From Candidatus Omnitrophota bacterium (lineage in GTDB: Bacteria; Omnitrophota; Gorgyraeia; 1-14-0-20-64-10), in assembly GCA_016201735.1 (NCBI GenBank), contig JACQCH010000040.1, positions 18,822 to 82,821 on the forward strand: a stretch of 64,000 nt of DNA, in the 5' to 3' direction. The first letter of the stretch is position 1. Each line of letters begins with the position of its first letter. Position numbers and translations under genes: made by a program. Of the stretch, positions 8,963 to 18,725 are shown piece by piece. Under the pieces are notes generated by a model. It did not search any database. It saw only the letters and a list, made by a program, of their open reading frames with translations, and was not told the origin of the DNA.

Positions 8963-9744
8963 CGGACCTTTCCGGGCGCAGGGCCCTGGTCACAGGGGCC
9001 GCGGGGAAGATCGGCTCCATGGTTTCTCAGACCCTCTCGGAGATGGGAGCAAAGGTGGTTCTCCTGGATCTGGAACCGGAGGCCTGCCGCAAAAGCGCTG
9101 AATTGGTTTCCCAACAGGGAAATGGCAAAGGGATCGCTCTCACCTGCAATCTCGAGGAGGAGAAGGCCACCCGTCGGACCATCCGGGAAGCGGTTCAGGC
9201 GCTGGGAGGGTTGGAGATCCTGGTTCACTGTGCCGCCTATGTGGGAACGACTCCAACTCCCGGTTGGGCGGTCCCGTTCGAGCAGCAGAGCGTGGCGGCC
9301 TGGGAGGCCGCCTTGCGGGTGAATCTCACCTCGGCGTTTGTCATGGTGCAGGAGGCCAAAGAGGCGCTTGTTTCTTCAGGGCATGGCAGCGTGATCTTTT
9401 TCTCCTCCATCTATGGGCTGATGGGGCCTGATTTCCGGCTTTACGAAGGGACCTCGATGAACAACCCGGCGGCCTACGGGGCCTCCAAAGGGGGACTGCT
9501 CCAGTTGACCCGATATCTGGCCACCCTGTTGGCGCCGAAGGTGCGCGTCAACGCGATCACACCGGGCGGGGTCTGGCGGGATCAGCCGGACTCTTTCCAC
9601 CAGCAGTACGTTTCCAGGACTCCCCTGGGGCGGATGGCCACGGAAGAGGACTTGAAAGGAGCCGTGCTGTATCTCGCCAGTGATCTGTCGGCTTACGTGA
9701 CGGGACAGAATCTGGTGGTGGATGGAGGATGGACGGCATGGTGA
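8941..9744 (+). CDS. Short-chain dehydrogenase/reductase (SDR)
   Basis: ATG 8941 after a GGAGG. 'ALVTGAAGKIGS' Rossmann motif and 'YGASKGGL' Y-x3-K active site. Confidence 0.65.
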   Translation: MRSIGQLTDLSGRRALVTGAAGKIGSMVSQTLSEMGAKVVLLDLEPEACRKSAELVSQQGNGKGIALTCNLEEEKATRRTIREAVQALGGLEILVHCAAYVGTTPTPGWAVPFEQQSVAAWEAALRVNLTSAFVMVQEAKEALVSSGHGSVIFFSSIYGLMGPDFRLYEGTSMNNPAAYGASKGGLLQLTRYLATLLAPKVRVNAITPGGVWRDQPDSFHQQYVSRTPLGRMATEEDLKGAVLYLASDLSAYVTGQNLVVDGGWTAW

Positions 9745-10763
9745 CTCCGATCGAGGTAGCCGGCCGAAGGATCGGGCCGGGGGAACCCTGTTTCATCATC
9801 GCCGAGGCGGGGGTCAACCACAACGGCAAGATCGAGTCGGCCAAGCGGCTGGTGGACCGGGCGGCGGAGGCCGGCGCCGACTCGGTCAAGTTCCAGACCT
9901 TCCGGGCCGACCGGCTGGCCAGTGACCAGACCCGGACGATGCTCAAGCAGCTGGAACTGTCCGAGCGGGATCATCGAGAGCTATTGGAACATTGCCGCAA
10001 GAGAGGAATCCAGTTTCTCTCCACCCCGTTCGAGGAGGAGAGCGCCGATTTTCTGGAACAACTCGGCGTGGCGGCATTCAAGATTCCGTCGGGGGAGGTG
10101 ACGAATCTTTCGTTCCTCTCCCATCTGGCGCGGAAGGGGAAACCGCTGATTCTCTCGACGGGGATGTCCACCTTGGAGGAGGTGGAAGAAGCGGTGCGGG
10201 TCATCCGGGAGACCGGGAATCGAAAGCTGGTCCTGCTTCACTGCGTCAGCCGCTACCCGGCCGATCCGAAGGAGGCCAACCTGCGGGCGATGGTGACGAT
10301 GGGGTCCCGGTTTTCCGTCCCGATTGGATATTCGGATCATACCTTGGGGAGTGAAGTCGCGCTGGCGGCAGTCGCCTTGGGGGCCTGCGTTATCGAAAAA
10401 CATTTCACCCTGGACCGGAACCTGCCGGGACCGGACCACCGGGCCTCTTTGGAACCGGCGGAGCTGGCGGCGCTGGTCAAAGGAATCCGGGTGGTCGAAT
10501 CGGCGCTGGGGCACGGGCGGAAAGAGCCGTCGGTCTCCGAAGCAGAAACGGCCCGGATTGCCCGGAAGAGTCTCGTGGCGCTCAGGGACATTCCGGCGGG
10601 GACCTCGTTGACGCGGAAATTCATCGGCGTCAAACGTCCGGGAGACGGTCTGCCTCCTTCCATGCTGACTCGGGTCATCGGTCAGATCGCCAAGGCGGAC
10701 ATCCCGGCCGACACCCTGCTCACCCTGGAGATGCTTACTAGAGGAAAAGAGGGGCTGGGATGA
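9738..10763 (+). CDS. legI: Nonulosonic acid synthase (NeuB/LegI family)
   Basis: 'IGPGEPCFIIAEAGVNHNGKIESAKRLVDRAAEAGADSVKFQTF' is the classic NeuB-family N-terminus. A C-terminal SAF-like domain is present. Confidence 0.8.
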   Translation: MVTPIEVAGRRIGPGEPCFIIAEAGVNHNGKIESAKRLVDRAAEAGADSVKFQTFRADRLASDQTRTMLKQLELSERDHRELLEHCRKRGIQFLSTPFEEESADFLEQLGVAAFKIPSGEVTNLSFLSHLARKGKPLILSTGMSTLEEVEEAVRVIRETGNRKLVLLHCVSRYPADPKEANLRAMVTMGSRFSVPIGYSDHTLGSEVALAAVALGACVIEKHFTLDRNLPGPDHRASLEPAELAALVKGIRVVESALGHGRKEPSVSEAETARIARKSLVALRDIPAGTSLTRKFIGVKRPGDGLPPSMLTRVIGQIAKADIPADTLLTLEMLTRGKEGLG

Positions 10764-11974
10764 GGACGATTGGAGTGGTCACGGTGGGGCGGTCCGACTA
10801 CGGAATCCTGGTTCCGATCTTAAGAAGGATCCAGCATGATCCGGAACTTGAACTTTATCTGTTTGTCGGGGGAACTCATCTGTCTTCGGAATTCGGCCGG
10901 ACCGTTCGGGCCATTGAAGCGGACGGTTTTCCAATTGAGTCCCGGATCAGGATGGATCTCTCTTCGGATGCACCGGAAGGGATCACCCGATCAATGGGCT
11001 CGGGGATGCGCGGATTTGGTCGGGCCTTTGTTTCTTCCCGCCCGGACCTGTTGCTGGTCACCGGAGATCGCTTCGAGATGTTCTCTGCGGCGGCCGCCTC
11101 GGTGCCGCTGAATCTTCCCCTGGCGCATCTTCATGGCGGAGAGATCTCCGAAGGGGCGATGGACGACCGTTTCCGCCATGCGATCACGAAACTGAGCCAC
11201 TTGCATTTCGCCGCCACGGGGGAAGCCAAGAATCGGATCCTTCGGATGGGGGAGGAACCATGGCGGGTGACCGTCTCAGGGGCTCCCAGCTTGGACAATC
11301 TCCACTCCATGCCTCTTCTGGATCCTCGAGACCTGGAGGCCCGGTTCGGGCTCCGACTCAAAGAGCCCCCCCTTCTGGTGACCTACCATCCGGTCACCTT
11401 AGAGTGGGAGCAGACCGATGTGCAGATCCAGGATCTGCTTCAGGCTCTGGGCCGCGCGGATCTGCCGGTGGTCTTCACTCAGACCAACGCGGACACCTCC
11501 GGTCGAACGATTCAAAGAAGGATTCGGGAATTTGTGAAAAGCAACCCGAGCCGGGCGCAGATCGCCAATAACCTGGGAACTCAAGGATACTTCAGCCTCA
11601 TGGCCGCGGCCGCCGCAATGGTCGGAAATTCTTCGAGCGGTTTTGTGGAGGCGCCGTCGTTCGGGCTTCCTGTGGTCAACGTGGGAAAGCGCCAGCAGGG
11701 AAGGCTCCGGGCCGCGAATGTGATCGATGTCGAGTGCGGGGAGGAGGCGATCGCGGATGGAATCCGCAGAGCGATCGCCCCGGAATTCCGGGCCTCGTTG
11801 AAAGGGTTGAAAAATCCCTACGGGGAAGGGAAGGCCTCGGAGATCATTGTCCGGGGATTAAAAGAAGTTGAGTTGGGTCAACGGTTGATCATCAAAAGGT
11901 TTATCCCATGGTCCGATGCCTCCTCTTGGGCGGGGGCGGTCACGCCCGCGTCCTCATCGACTGCATCCGTTTAA
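10760..11974 (+). CDS. legG: Hydrolysing nucleotide-sugar 2-epimerase (NeuC/LegG family)
   Basis: 'MRTIGVVTVGRSDYGIL...HLHGGE...' matches the UDP-GlcNAc 2-epimerase fold family. ATGA overlap with the upstream gene. Confidence 0.75.
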   Translation: MRTIGVVTVGRSDYGILVPILRRIQHDPELELYLFVGGTHLSSEFGRTVRAIEADGFPIESRIRMDLSSDAPEGITRSMGSGMRGFGRAFVSSRPDLLLVTGDRFEMFSAAAASVPLNLPLAHLHGGEISEGAMDDRFRHAITKLSHLHFAATGEAKNRILRMGEEPWRVTVSGAPSLDNLHSMPLLDPRDLEARFGLRLKEPPLLVTYHPVTLEWEQTDVQIQDLLQALGRADLPVVFTQTNADTSGRTIQRRIREFVKSNPSRAQIANNLGTQGYFSLMAAAAAMVGNSSSGFVEAPSFGLPVVNVGKRQQGRLRAANVIDVECGEEAIADGIRRAIAPEFRASLKGLKNPYGEGKASEIIVRGLKEVELGQRLIIKRFIPWSDASSWAGAVTPASSSTASV

Positions 11975-12570
11975 GCCAAGCGGCGGATCCGGTGGGCATC
12001 CTGGACTCCGACCCGGTTCTTTGGGGCTCGGAACGGATGGAGGTGCCCATTCGCGGTTCGGATGAGCTCCTTTCCAAGATGAAACAGGAGGGGGTTACCC
12101 ATTTCGTCGTTGGATTGGGCGGCGTCGGGGATAATCAACCCCGACGCCGTCTGTTCGACCTGGGGGTTGCGCATGGGTTGGTCCCCTTGACGGTGTGTCA
12201 CCCGCGGGCGATCCTTTCGATGTGGGCCTCCATCGGTGCGGGTTGCGCAATCCTGCCTGGAGCGGTGGTTAATGCGGGCGCTCATCTGGGCGTTAACGTG
12301 ATCGTTAACTCCGGAGCGATTGTGGAGCATGACTGCCGGATTGAGGATCACGTTCACGTGGCCAGCGGGGCGAGGCTCGCCTCCACCGTCCATGTGAAAG
12401 CCGGCGCCCACATTGGAGCGGGGGCGACCGTCCGACAGGGCTTATCCATCGGGGAAAGAGCCGTCGTTGGGGCGGGAGCCGTGGTCGTTAAGAATGTGGA
12501 GCCCGGGACGGTCGTGACCGGGGTCCCGGCCAGGGAATGGAGCCGAGCGGAACGAGGAGGGGATTCCTAA
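11908..12570 (+). CDS. Hexapeptide-repeat sugar N-acetyltransferase (NeuD/PglD/LegH family)
   Basis: 'MVRCLLLGGGGHARVLIDCI' N-terminal Rossmann-like domain plus a C-terminal left-handed beta-helix with repeats 'IGAGA..V..G..IG'. Confidence 0.7.
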   Translation: MVRCLLLGGGGHARVLIDCIRLSQAADPVGILDSDPVLWGSERMEVPIRGSDELLSKMKQEGVTHFVVGLGGVGDNQPRRRLFDLGVAHGLVPLTVCHPRAILSMWASIGAGCAILPGAVVNAGAHLGVNVIVNSGAIVEHDCRIEDHVHVASGARLASTVHVKAGAHIGAGATVRQGLSIGERAVVGAGAVVVKNVEPGTVVTGVPAREWSRAERGGDS

Positions 12571-12572
12571 CC

Positions 12573-13658
12573 ATGTATACGGATCTAAGTCAATTCTGCA
12601 TCGATAAAGAAAAAATCCTTCAGGAAGCCATTACCTTGGTGGACCGAAGTCGGTTAGGAATCGTGTTGGTCGTGGATGAAGAGCGACATCTGATAGGTAC
12701 CATCACCGATGGAGATGTGCGGCGGGCTATGCTGGCCAAGTTTGATATGTCCCAGCCCCTGACTGCTCTTCTGGAAAGAAAAGCCCGCACGGTTCACGCC
12801 CACCCCATCGCAGCTCCGGCAGGAGCCGATCGATCAGTCTATCTGAATCTGCTGAGAACCCATGGGATTCTCCACCTTCCGATTCTGGATGAAATGGGGC
12901 AAGTGACCGGACTGGTGACCATGCAGGAATTCCTGCCGGAACAGGTACTTCCGCTCCACGCGGTGGTCATGGCCGGCGGATTGGGGACTCGCCTGCATCC
13001 GTTGACGGAAGACACGCCAAAGCCGATGCTGCGGGTCGGAGATCGTCCCCTGCTGGAGATCATCATCCGCCAGTTGCGTGAAGCGGGGATTCGAGAGGTC
13101 AAAATCACTACCCATCATAAGCCGGAAAAGATCGAGGCCCATTTCGGAGATGGAAAGAATTTCGGCGTAAAGCTCTCGTATGTGGAGGAGAACCAGCCGT
13201 TGGGAACCATTGGGAGTTTGGGGCTTTTAGAAGTTCCCCAAGAAACGACGCTCGTCATCAACGGGGATATCCTGACGCGGTTGGACATTCGAGCGATGTT
13301 GGCGTTTCACAAGGAGCACAAGGCAGATCTGACTGTGGCGGTCCGCCATTACGATGTCAAGGTCCCTTACGGCGTTATCGAATGTGAGGGACCCGTTGTT
13401 CGGAAGGTAAGCGAAAAGCCAGTGATCGGATTTTTTGTGAACGCCGGAATCTATCTTTTGGATCCGGCCGTCTATCAATACATCCCATGCGGACAGCGGT
13501 TTGACATGACCGATTTGATCCAACGCATTCTCAAGGAGGGCCGACCGGTCATCAGCTTCCCGATACGTGAGTACTGGCTGGATATCGGCCAGCACGCCGA
13601 TTACGAGGAGGCGCAGGGACAGGTCAAGGATTGGGAACTATTGCAAGATGGCCGATAA
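12573..13658 (+). CDS. ptmE: CBS-domain nucleotidyltransferase (PtmE-like; GlcN/GlcNAc-1-P guanylyltransferase candidate)
   Basis: ATG 12573 after a GGAGG. N-terminal CBS pair ('IVLVVDEERHLIGTITDGDVRRAM'), then 'AVVMAGGLGTRLHPLTEDTPKPML', the NTP-transferase motif. Confidence 0.65.
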   Translation: MYTDLSQFCIDKEKILQEAITLVDRSRLGIVLVVDEERHLIGTITDGDVRRAMLAKFDMSQPLTALLERKARTVHAHPIAAPAGADRSVYLNLLRTHGILHLPILDEMGQVTGLVTMQEFLPEQVLPLHAVVMAGGLGTRLHPLTEDTPKPMLRVGDRPLLEIIIRQLREAGIREVKITTHHKPEKIEAHFGDGKNFGVKLSYVEENQPLGTIGSLGLLEVPQETTLVINGDILTRLDIRAMLAFHKEHKADLTVAVRHYDVKVPYGVIECEGPVVRKVSEKPVIGFFVNAGIYLLDPAVYQYIPCGQRFDMTDLIQRILKEGRPVISFPIREYWLDIGQHADYEEAQGQVKDWELLQDGR

Positions 13659-14652
13659 ATCGAAGGAAGGTTTTTGGAAAGACAAGCGGGTTCTCGTGAC
13701 CGGAGCCGGAGGATTCATCGGGAGTCACCTCGCCGAAAGGCTGGTTGAGCTTGGAGCGAAGACCCGGGCGTTCGTCCATTACCGGGCCGACGGTTCCTGG
13801 GGATGGCTTAACAACTCTCCTTGGAAGGATCGAATGGAAGTCCTTGCCGGCGACATTTGCGATAGGGACAGCGTGTTCCAGGCGGTGGAAGGAATGGAGA
13901 TCGTTTTTCATTTGGCGGCCCTTATCGCCATTCCTTATTCGTATCATGCGCCCTATTCCTATTATCGAACCAACGTGGAGGGGACGCTCCACCTCCTGCA
14001 GGCCGCCAGGGCATGCCGCCCCCATCGCATCATTCATACCTCGACCAGCGAGGTGTATGGGACCGCCCAATACTGTCCCATCAATGAGGGGCATCCGTTA
14101 CAAACACAGTCCCCTTATGCGGCCAGTAAATGCGGAGCGGACAAACTCGTGGAAGCCTTTTTCCATTCCTATGAACTTCCGGTGGTTACCGTCCGTCCCT
14201 TCAATACCTTTGGGCCGCGTCAATCGAGTCGGGCCATTGTACCGGCCATCATTACTCAATGCCTGACCCGTGAGACCATTCGGCTGGGGAACCTGCATCC
14301 CACCCGAGACCTTAATTTCGTCGAGGACATTGTGGAAGGATTCCTTTGCGCCGCCATCGCCGAAAAAGCGGTGGGTTGGACGGTGAACCTGGGTACCGGC
14401 AGGGAAATATCGATTCAGACATTGGCTGAAAAGATCGCCGAACTGACCTCCCATTCCATAGCTCTCGAACAAGATTCGAAACGGGTTCGGCCCCAACACA
14501 GCGAGGTGGAGCGGTTGGTGGCGGACAATTCGTTGGCTCGGCAGCTTTTGGGATGGGCTCCTAAGATTAGGTTGGAAGAGGGGCTTAAAGTTACCATTGA
14601 CTGGACAAGGGAGCATTTGGATGGCTATCGGCCAGGCGTCTACGTTCTCTGA
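13648..14652 (+). CDS. NAD-dependent nucleotide-sugar 4,6-dehydratase (LegB-like)
   Basis: 'KRVLVTGAGGFIGSHLAERL' Rossmann motif and 'YAASK' catalytic dyad. Extended SDR, 334 aa. Confidence 0.65.
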   Translation: MADKSKEGFWKDKRVLVTGAGGFIGSHLAERLVELGAKTRAFVHYRADGSWGWLNNSPWKDRMEVLAGDICDRDSVFQAVEGMEIVFHLAALIAIPYSYHAPYSYYRTNVEGTLHLLQAARACRPHRIIHTSTSEVYGTAQYCPINEGHPLQTQSPYAASKCGADKLVEAFFHSYELPVVTVRPFNTFGPRQSSRAIVPAIITQCLTRETIRLGNLHPTRDLNFVEDIVEGFLCAAIAEKAVGWTVNLGTGREISIQTLAEKIAELTSHSIALEQDSKRVRPQHSEVERLVADNSLARQLLGWAPKIRLEEGLKVTIDWTREHLDGYRPGVYVL

Positions 14653-15808
14653 AATCCCACTGTCGGTTCCGCTCTTTCAGGGGAATGAGTGGAAGTACCT
14701 GAAGGAATGCCTGGACGCCGGTTGGGTTTCTTCAGCAGGCAGTTTTGTAGACCGGTTTGAGCGGGAAATAACCTCCGCTGTGGAGGCTCCGTATGCGGTG
14801 GCGACGGTCAATGGAACGGCTGCCTTGCACATTGCCCTGAAAACGACAGGCCTGGAACCTGAGGAAGAAGTATTGGTTTCCGATCTGACCTTTATCGCCC
14901 CGGTGAATGCGATACGGTACTGCGGCGCGCATCCGGTGCTGGTGGATTCCGATCCATCCTCCTGGCAAATGGATACAGAGCGGTTGGAGCAATTTCTGCA
15001 GGAAGGGTGCGTCTTTAAAGAGGGCAAGCTGTTCAATAGGAAAACGCTCCGCCGGGTCCGAACCATCCTGCCGGTACATATCTTGGGACTCACTTGTGAA
15101 ATCGACCGAATCGCGGCATTGGCGAGTCAATTTCGATTAAGCGTCGTTGAAGATGCTGCGGAAGCCCTCGGCGTGCGGTATCAAGACAGACACGTCGGCA
15201 CTTTTGGAGATGTCGGCGTGCTGAGTTTCAATGGAAACAAGGTAGTTACGGCTGGAGGAGGCGGCATGCTGGTGACCCGTCATAAGGAACTGGCCCGTTG
15301 CGCCCGATATTTAACCACTCAGGCCAAGGATGACGATTTTGAATCCATCCATCACGAGATAGGATACAACTATCGATTAACCAACCTCCAGGCCGCCTTG
15401 GGTGTGGCGCAGTTAGAACAATTGCCGGCCTTCCTTGTCAAGAAACGTTGGATCGCCCAATCGTATGCGGACCGTCTAAAGGATCTGGAAGGATTGACCT
15501 TGATGCCGGTCCCGAGCCATACAGAGCCGACCTTCTGGTTGTATACGGTGCTTCTACCCGAAGGGACAGCGTTGTCCCAGCGCAATCGTATCTTAATGGG
15601 AATGCGGGAGCAGGGGATTGGCGCAAGACCCCTTTGGCATCCGATTCATGGGCAACCCCCTTATCAGAAATGCGAGGTCCTGGGGGGAGAGATCGCTACG
15701 GACCTTTACCATCGAGGCATCAGTCTTCCTTCCTCAGTCGGACTCTCTGAAGAAGAGCTGACCCGGTGCGTCGAGGTGTTTCGGCAGGAGTTTCGGGTCT
15801 CCGGATGA
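14621..15808 (+). CDS. DegT/DnrJ/EryC1/StrS PLP-dependent sugar aminotransferase (LegC/PseC-like)
   Basis: 'IPLSVPLFQGNEWKYLKECLDAGWVSS' is the family N-terminus. The PLP-lysine region 'SFNGNKVVTAGGGG' is present. Confidence 0.75.
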   Translation: MAIGQASTFSEIPLSVPLFQGNEWKYLKECLDAGWVSSAGSFVDRFEREITSAVEAPYAVATVNGTAALHIALKTTGLEPEEEVLVSDLTFIAPVNAIRYCGAHPVLVDSDPSSWQMDTERLEQFLQEGCVFKEGKLFNRKTLRRVRTILPVHILGLTCEIDRIAALASQFRLSVVEDAAEALGVRYQDRHVGTFGDVGVLSFNGNKVVTAGGGGMLVTRHKELARCARYLTTQAKDDDFESIHHEIGYNYRLTNLQAALGVAQLEQLPAFLVKKRWIAQSYADRLKDLEGLTLMPVPSHTEPTFWLYTVLLPEGTALSQRNRILMGMREQGIGARPLWHPIHGQPPYQKCEVLGGEIATDLYHRGISLPSSVGLSEEELTRCVEVFRQEFRVSG

Positions 15809-17820
15809 CGATTTTTGTAGAATATCTAACACTCCTAAAGGAACTCACCTTCGTTTTCCCCCGGCTCGGACGGGGAAGCAAATGCTTTTTTATCGATGCG
15901 ACCCGACCGGCCCTCATCCTTGCCAAGGTTTTCGAGCGGATCGTCGGGACGGAAATTCGCGCGCTCTCATTCCGTCTGATTGACATCCGGGATGAAAAAG
16001 GTCAGTTTTTGCGATGGCGGCTCCACTACAAGGACCTCATCGAGGTCCGGGCGGAGATCCTGAAAGATCCGGAATTCCGGCGTCTGCTGGAAGGATCTTT
16101 AAATGAGGACCGGCTGCCCACCTTCCTGGCCAAGGCCCTGAGTCTCTTCACTTTTTCCAATCGGCAGACCCTCTGGCGGGCCTTGTTAGTCATTCAGATT
16201 TTTGTCTGGAAGGCGCGACGCGAACAGATAGAGAAACCGGTGCTTCTTTTGGAGCGCCGGCCATGGTTTTACATCCTTCAACGATATGCCTCTCGATTTG
16301 GTCTTCAACTGGTTCCAGGGCCTCCCTCTTGGCGGTCGGATCTGCGGTCGATGTTGAAAAGCGTGCTCGGGCCGGGAGGATCCGCGTTGAAGCGGTTTCT
16401 TGTGTATAAGAAGAACCGTGTGGACTCGTTGGGAGCGGCCGACTCTTCCGGCTTTAAGATCGCCGTAGAATATTATGGCCATCTCAATCTCAAGCGGCCC
16501 GAATATTATTCGGACATGTTTTTCTTGCGCGGCCCTGAGCTGTCCGCTCGGAATCTGCTGGTTCTGTTTGGAATACCGCAAGATCCTTTAACCCCTCAGA
16601 AATGGGAGGAGATTTCCAGTCTTGGAATCTCCGCATTGGCGACTCATCCCAAAGCAACGGAAGTATCGAATGCGCCGCTCTTCGAGCCCCAGATTCGATG
16701 GAAGGCCGGTCGGCGGGAAAAAGAATTGCTTGCCGGCCTTTCCCCATCGATCGAAGGCCGGTGGTTAAAAAGCCATCTCCACCAATATTTCGCATCGCGT
16801 GCTTTTTGGGAAGATCTATTTGCTCAACATCGAGTGAAGCTTTTCATCACCTGGTATAAATACGATGGGGCTCATTGCCCGATTGCCGATGCCTTAGAAG
16901 GTTTAGGAGGAGTGACCGCCATCTATCAGCGGGCCTACGAGGCGCATCCCTCGGCGGAGACCCTCGTGGCGGTGGATCTGCTTTTTGCTTTCTCCCCCCG
17001 GATGGCTGAGATGGAACGGCGCTCTGGGTCGAAGATCCGGTATCACGTGGCGACGGGATATGTTGGGGATTATCGTTTTCCCCTCCTCAAGGAAGGGGCT
17101 CAGAAGATCCGGCAGCAGCTTCAGCGCCATGGGGCCCGCCGGATCTTGGCCTTCACCGATGAAGGTTCCATCGATGATACCCGGTGGCACACCGGTCATG
17201 AATTCCAGAGAGAAAACTACGCCTTCCTGCTGCAAAAAGTCCTTCGGGAGTCATGGTTTGGACTGGCGATCAAACCCAAAGACCCTTCCTCCTTGCGTCG
17301 AAGGTTGGGGAAGGTGAGTAAGCTCCTTGAAGAAGCGGAAAAGACCGGTCGGTGTTTCGTCTATCAAGAAGGAGGCCTTAACAGCTCCATCCCTCCCGCG
17401 GCGGCTGCCTTAGCCTCCGATGCGCTGATTCATGGACACCTGAGTGCGGGAACAGCCGCTGTCGAGTCGGCGTTGGTCGGTGTGCCCACCCTATTGCTCG
17501 ACCGAGAGGGGTGGCCTCTTTCGCCGCTGTACCGATTGGGGTTGGGGAAAGTGGTTTTCAACGATTGGGATACCTTCTGGGCCATTCTTTATGAGCACTG
17601 GCATCGGCCCGAAGGAGTCCCTGGATTTGGAGATTGGACTCTTATTCTGGAAGAGATGGATCCATTCCGAGACGGACGAGCCGCTGAACGGATCGGGACG
17701 TATCTTGCTTGGCTCTTGGACGGATTTAAGGGAGGGTTGTCCCGGGAAACAGTCTTGGCGGATGCCGCTCAAAGATATGCTGAGCGATGGGGGGCGGATA
17801 AGGTGACCAGCGTCTTATGA
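15805..17820 (+). CDS. Hypothetical ~670-aa protein, paralog A (putative GT-B-like C-terminal domain); candidate nonulosonic-acid transferase
   Basis: ATG 15805 (ATGA overlap) gives 'MTIFVEYLT...', which aligns with the start of paralog B. C-terminus 'ASDALIHGHLSAGTAAVESALVGVPTLL' resembles the GT-B C-terminal donor-binding region. No named family recognised. Confidence 0.55.
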   Translation: MTIFVEYLTLLKELTFVFPRLGRGSKCFFIDATRPALILAKVFERIVGTEIRALSFRLIDIRDEKGQFLRWRLHYKDLIEVRAEILKDPEFRRLLEGSLNEDRLPTFLAKALSLFTFSNRQTLWRALLVIQIFVWKARREQIEKPVLLLERRPWFYILQRYASRFGLQLVPGPPSWRSDLRSMLKSVLGPGGSALKRFLVYKKNRVDSLGAADSSGFKIAVEYYGHLNLKRPEYYSDMFFLRGPELSARNLLVLFGIPQDPLTPQKWEEISSLGISALATHPKATEVSNAPLFEPQIRWKAGRREKELLAGLSPSIEGRWLKSHLHQYFASRAFWEDLFAQHRVKLFITWYKYDGAHCPIADALEGLGGVTAIYQRAYEAHPSAETLVAVDLLFAFSPRMAEMERRSGSKIRYHVATGYVGDYRFPLLKEGAQKIRQQLQRHGARRILAFTDEGSIDDTRWHTGHEFQRENYAFLLQKVLRESWFGLAIKPKDPSSLRRRLGKVSKLLEEAEKTGRCFVYQEGGLNSSIPPAAAALASDALIHGHLSAGTAAVESALVGVPTLLLDREGWPLSPLYRLGLGKVVFNDWDTFWAILYEHWHRPEGVPGFGDWTLILEEMDPFRDGRAAERIGTYLAWLLDGFKGGLSRETVLADAAQRYAERWGADKVTSVL

Positions 17821-18722
17821 GTATCCGCATCATTCCCCGTTTAGATATCAAGGGACCCAATGTGGTCAAGGGCGTTCATTTAGAGGGCTTGCGCGTCATG
17901 GGGGTTCCCGAGCTGTTTGCTGCCCAATACTATCAGGATGGAGCGGATGAGTTAATCTACATCGATGTGGTAGCCAGTCTTTACGGCCGCAACAGCCTTG
18001 ACGAGGTTGTTCGGCGTGCGGCGCAGAACATCTTTATCCCCCTAACCGTCGGCGGTGGTATCCGAACGATCGATGACATCCGTCGTTTACTAAGAGCCGG
18101 CGCGGACAAGGTAGCGATCAATACCGCCGCAATCAAGAATCCAAAACTGATCCAAGAAGCCGCCCGCGCCTTCGGTTCTCAGTGCATTGTGCTTTATATC
18201 GAAGCCAAGAAACGGGGGCCGGGCAGATATGAATGTTTAACGGATAACGGTCGGGAATCGACCGGCTGCGACGTGTTTGAGTGGGTGAGGCAAGCAGTTC
18301 ATTTGGGTGCGGGAGAGATTCTCCTCACCTCCATCGATCAGGAAGGGACCGGAAAGGGTTATGACTTAGAGTTGACCGCGGAGGTGGCCCAGCGTGTTGA
18401 TGTACCGGTGATTGCCTCCGGAGGGGCCGGAGCACCCGAACACATTCGAGACGCCGTTCTCTTGGGCAAGGCAGACGCCGTTTGCGCAGCGTCCGTATTT
18501 CACTACCAATTAATTCAGACAGGGGAAGCCTCGCTTAACCCCATCCGGTTTGAAGAAGGGAACGTTGAGTTTTTAAAGGGGCGGCTTCCCATCGCCGCGT
18601 TTACCCGGCAGCGAATCGCGCCCTTGAGGATTCCGGAAATTAAAGAGTACCTGGAGAAAGCCGGGATCCCCATTCGCCGACTCAATCTGGAGTCCATGAG
18701 CAACTCAAGGAAAATGGAATAA
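17817..18722 (+). CDS. wbuZ: Imidazole-glycerol-phosphate synthase cyclase subunit homolog (HisF-like, WbuZ-type)
   Basis: 'IIPRLDIKGPNVVKGVHLEGLRVMGVPELFAAQYYQDGADELIYIDV' is a HisF TIM-barrel signature. Its position in a glycan locus next to a HisH-like gene fits a sugar-modification role. Confidence 0.75.
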   Translation: MSIRIIPRLDIKGPNVVKGVHLEGLRVMGVPELFAAQYYQDGADELIYIDVVASLYGRNSLDEVVRRAAQNIFIPLTVGGGIRTIDDIRRLLRAGADKVAINTAAIKNPKLIQEAARAFGSQCIVLYIEAKKRGPGRYECLTDNGRESTGCDVFEWVRQAVHLGAGEILLTSIDQEGTGKGYDLELTAEVAQRVDVPVIASGGAGAPEHIRDAVLLGKADAVCAASVFHYQLIQTGEASLNPIRFEEGNVEFLKGRLPIAAFTRQRIAPLRIPEIKEYLEKAGIPIRRLNLESMSNSRKME

Positions 18723-18725
18723 ATA

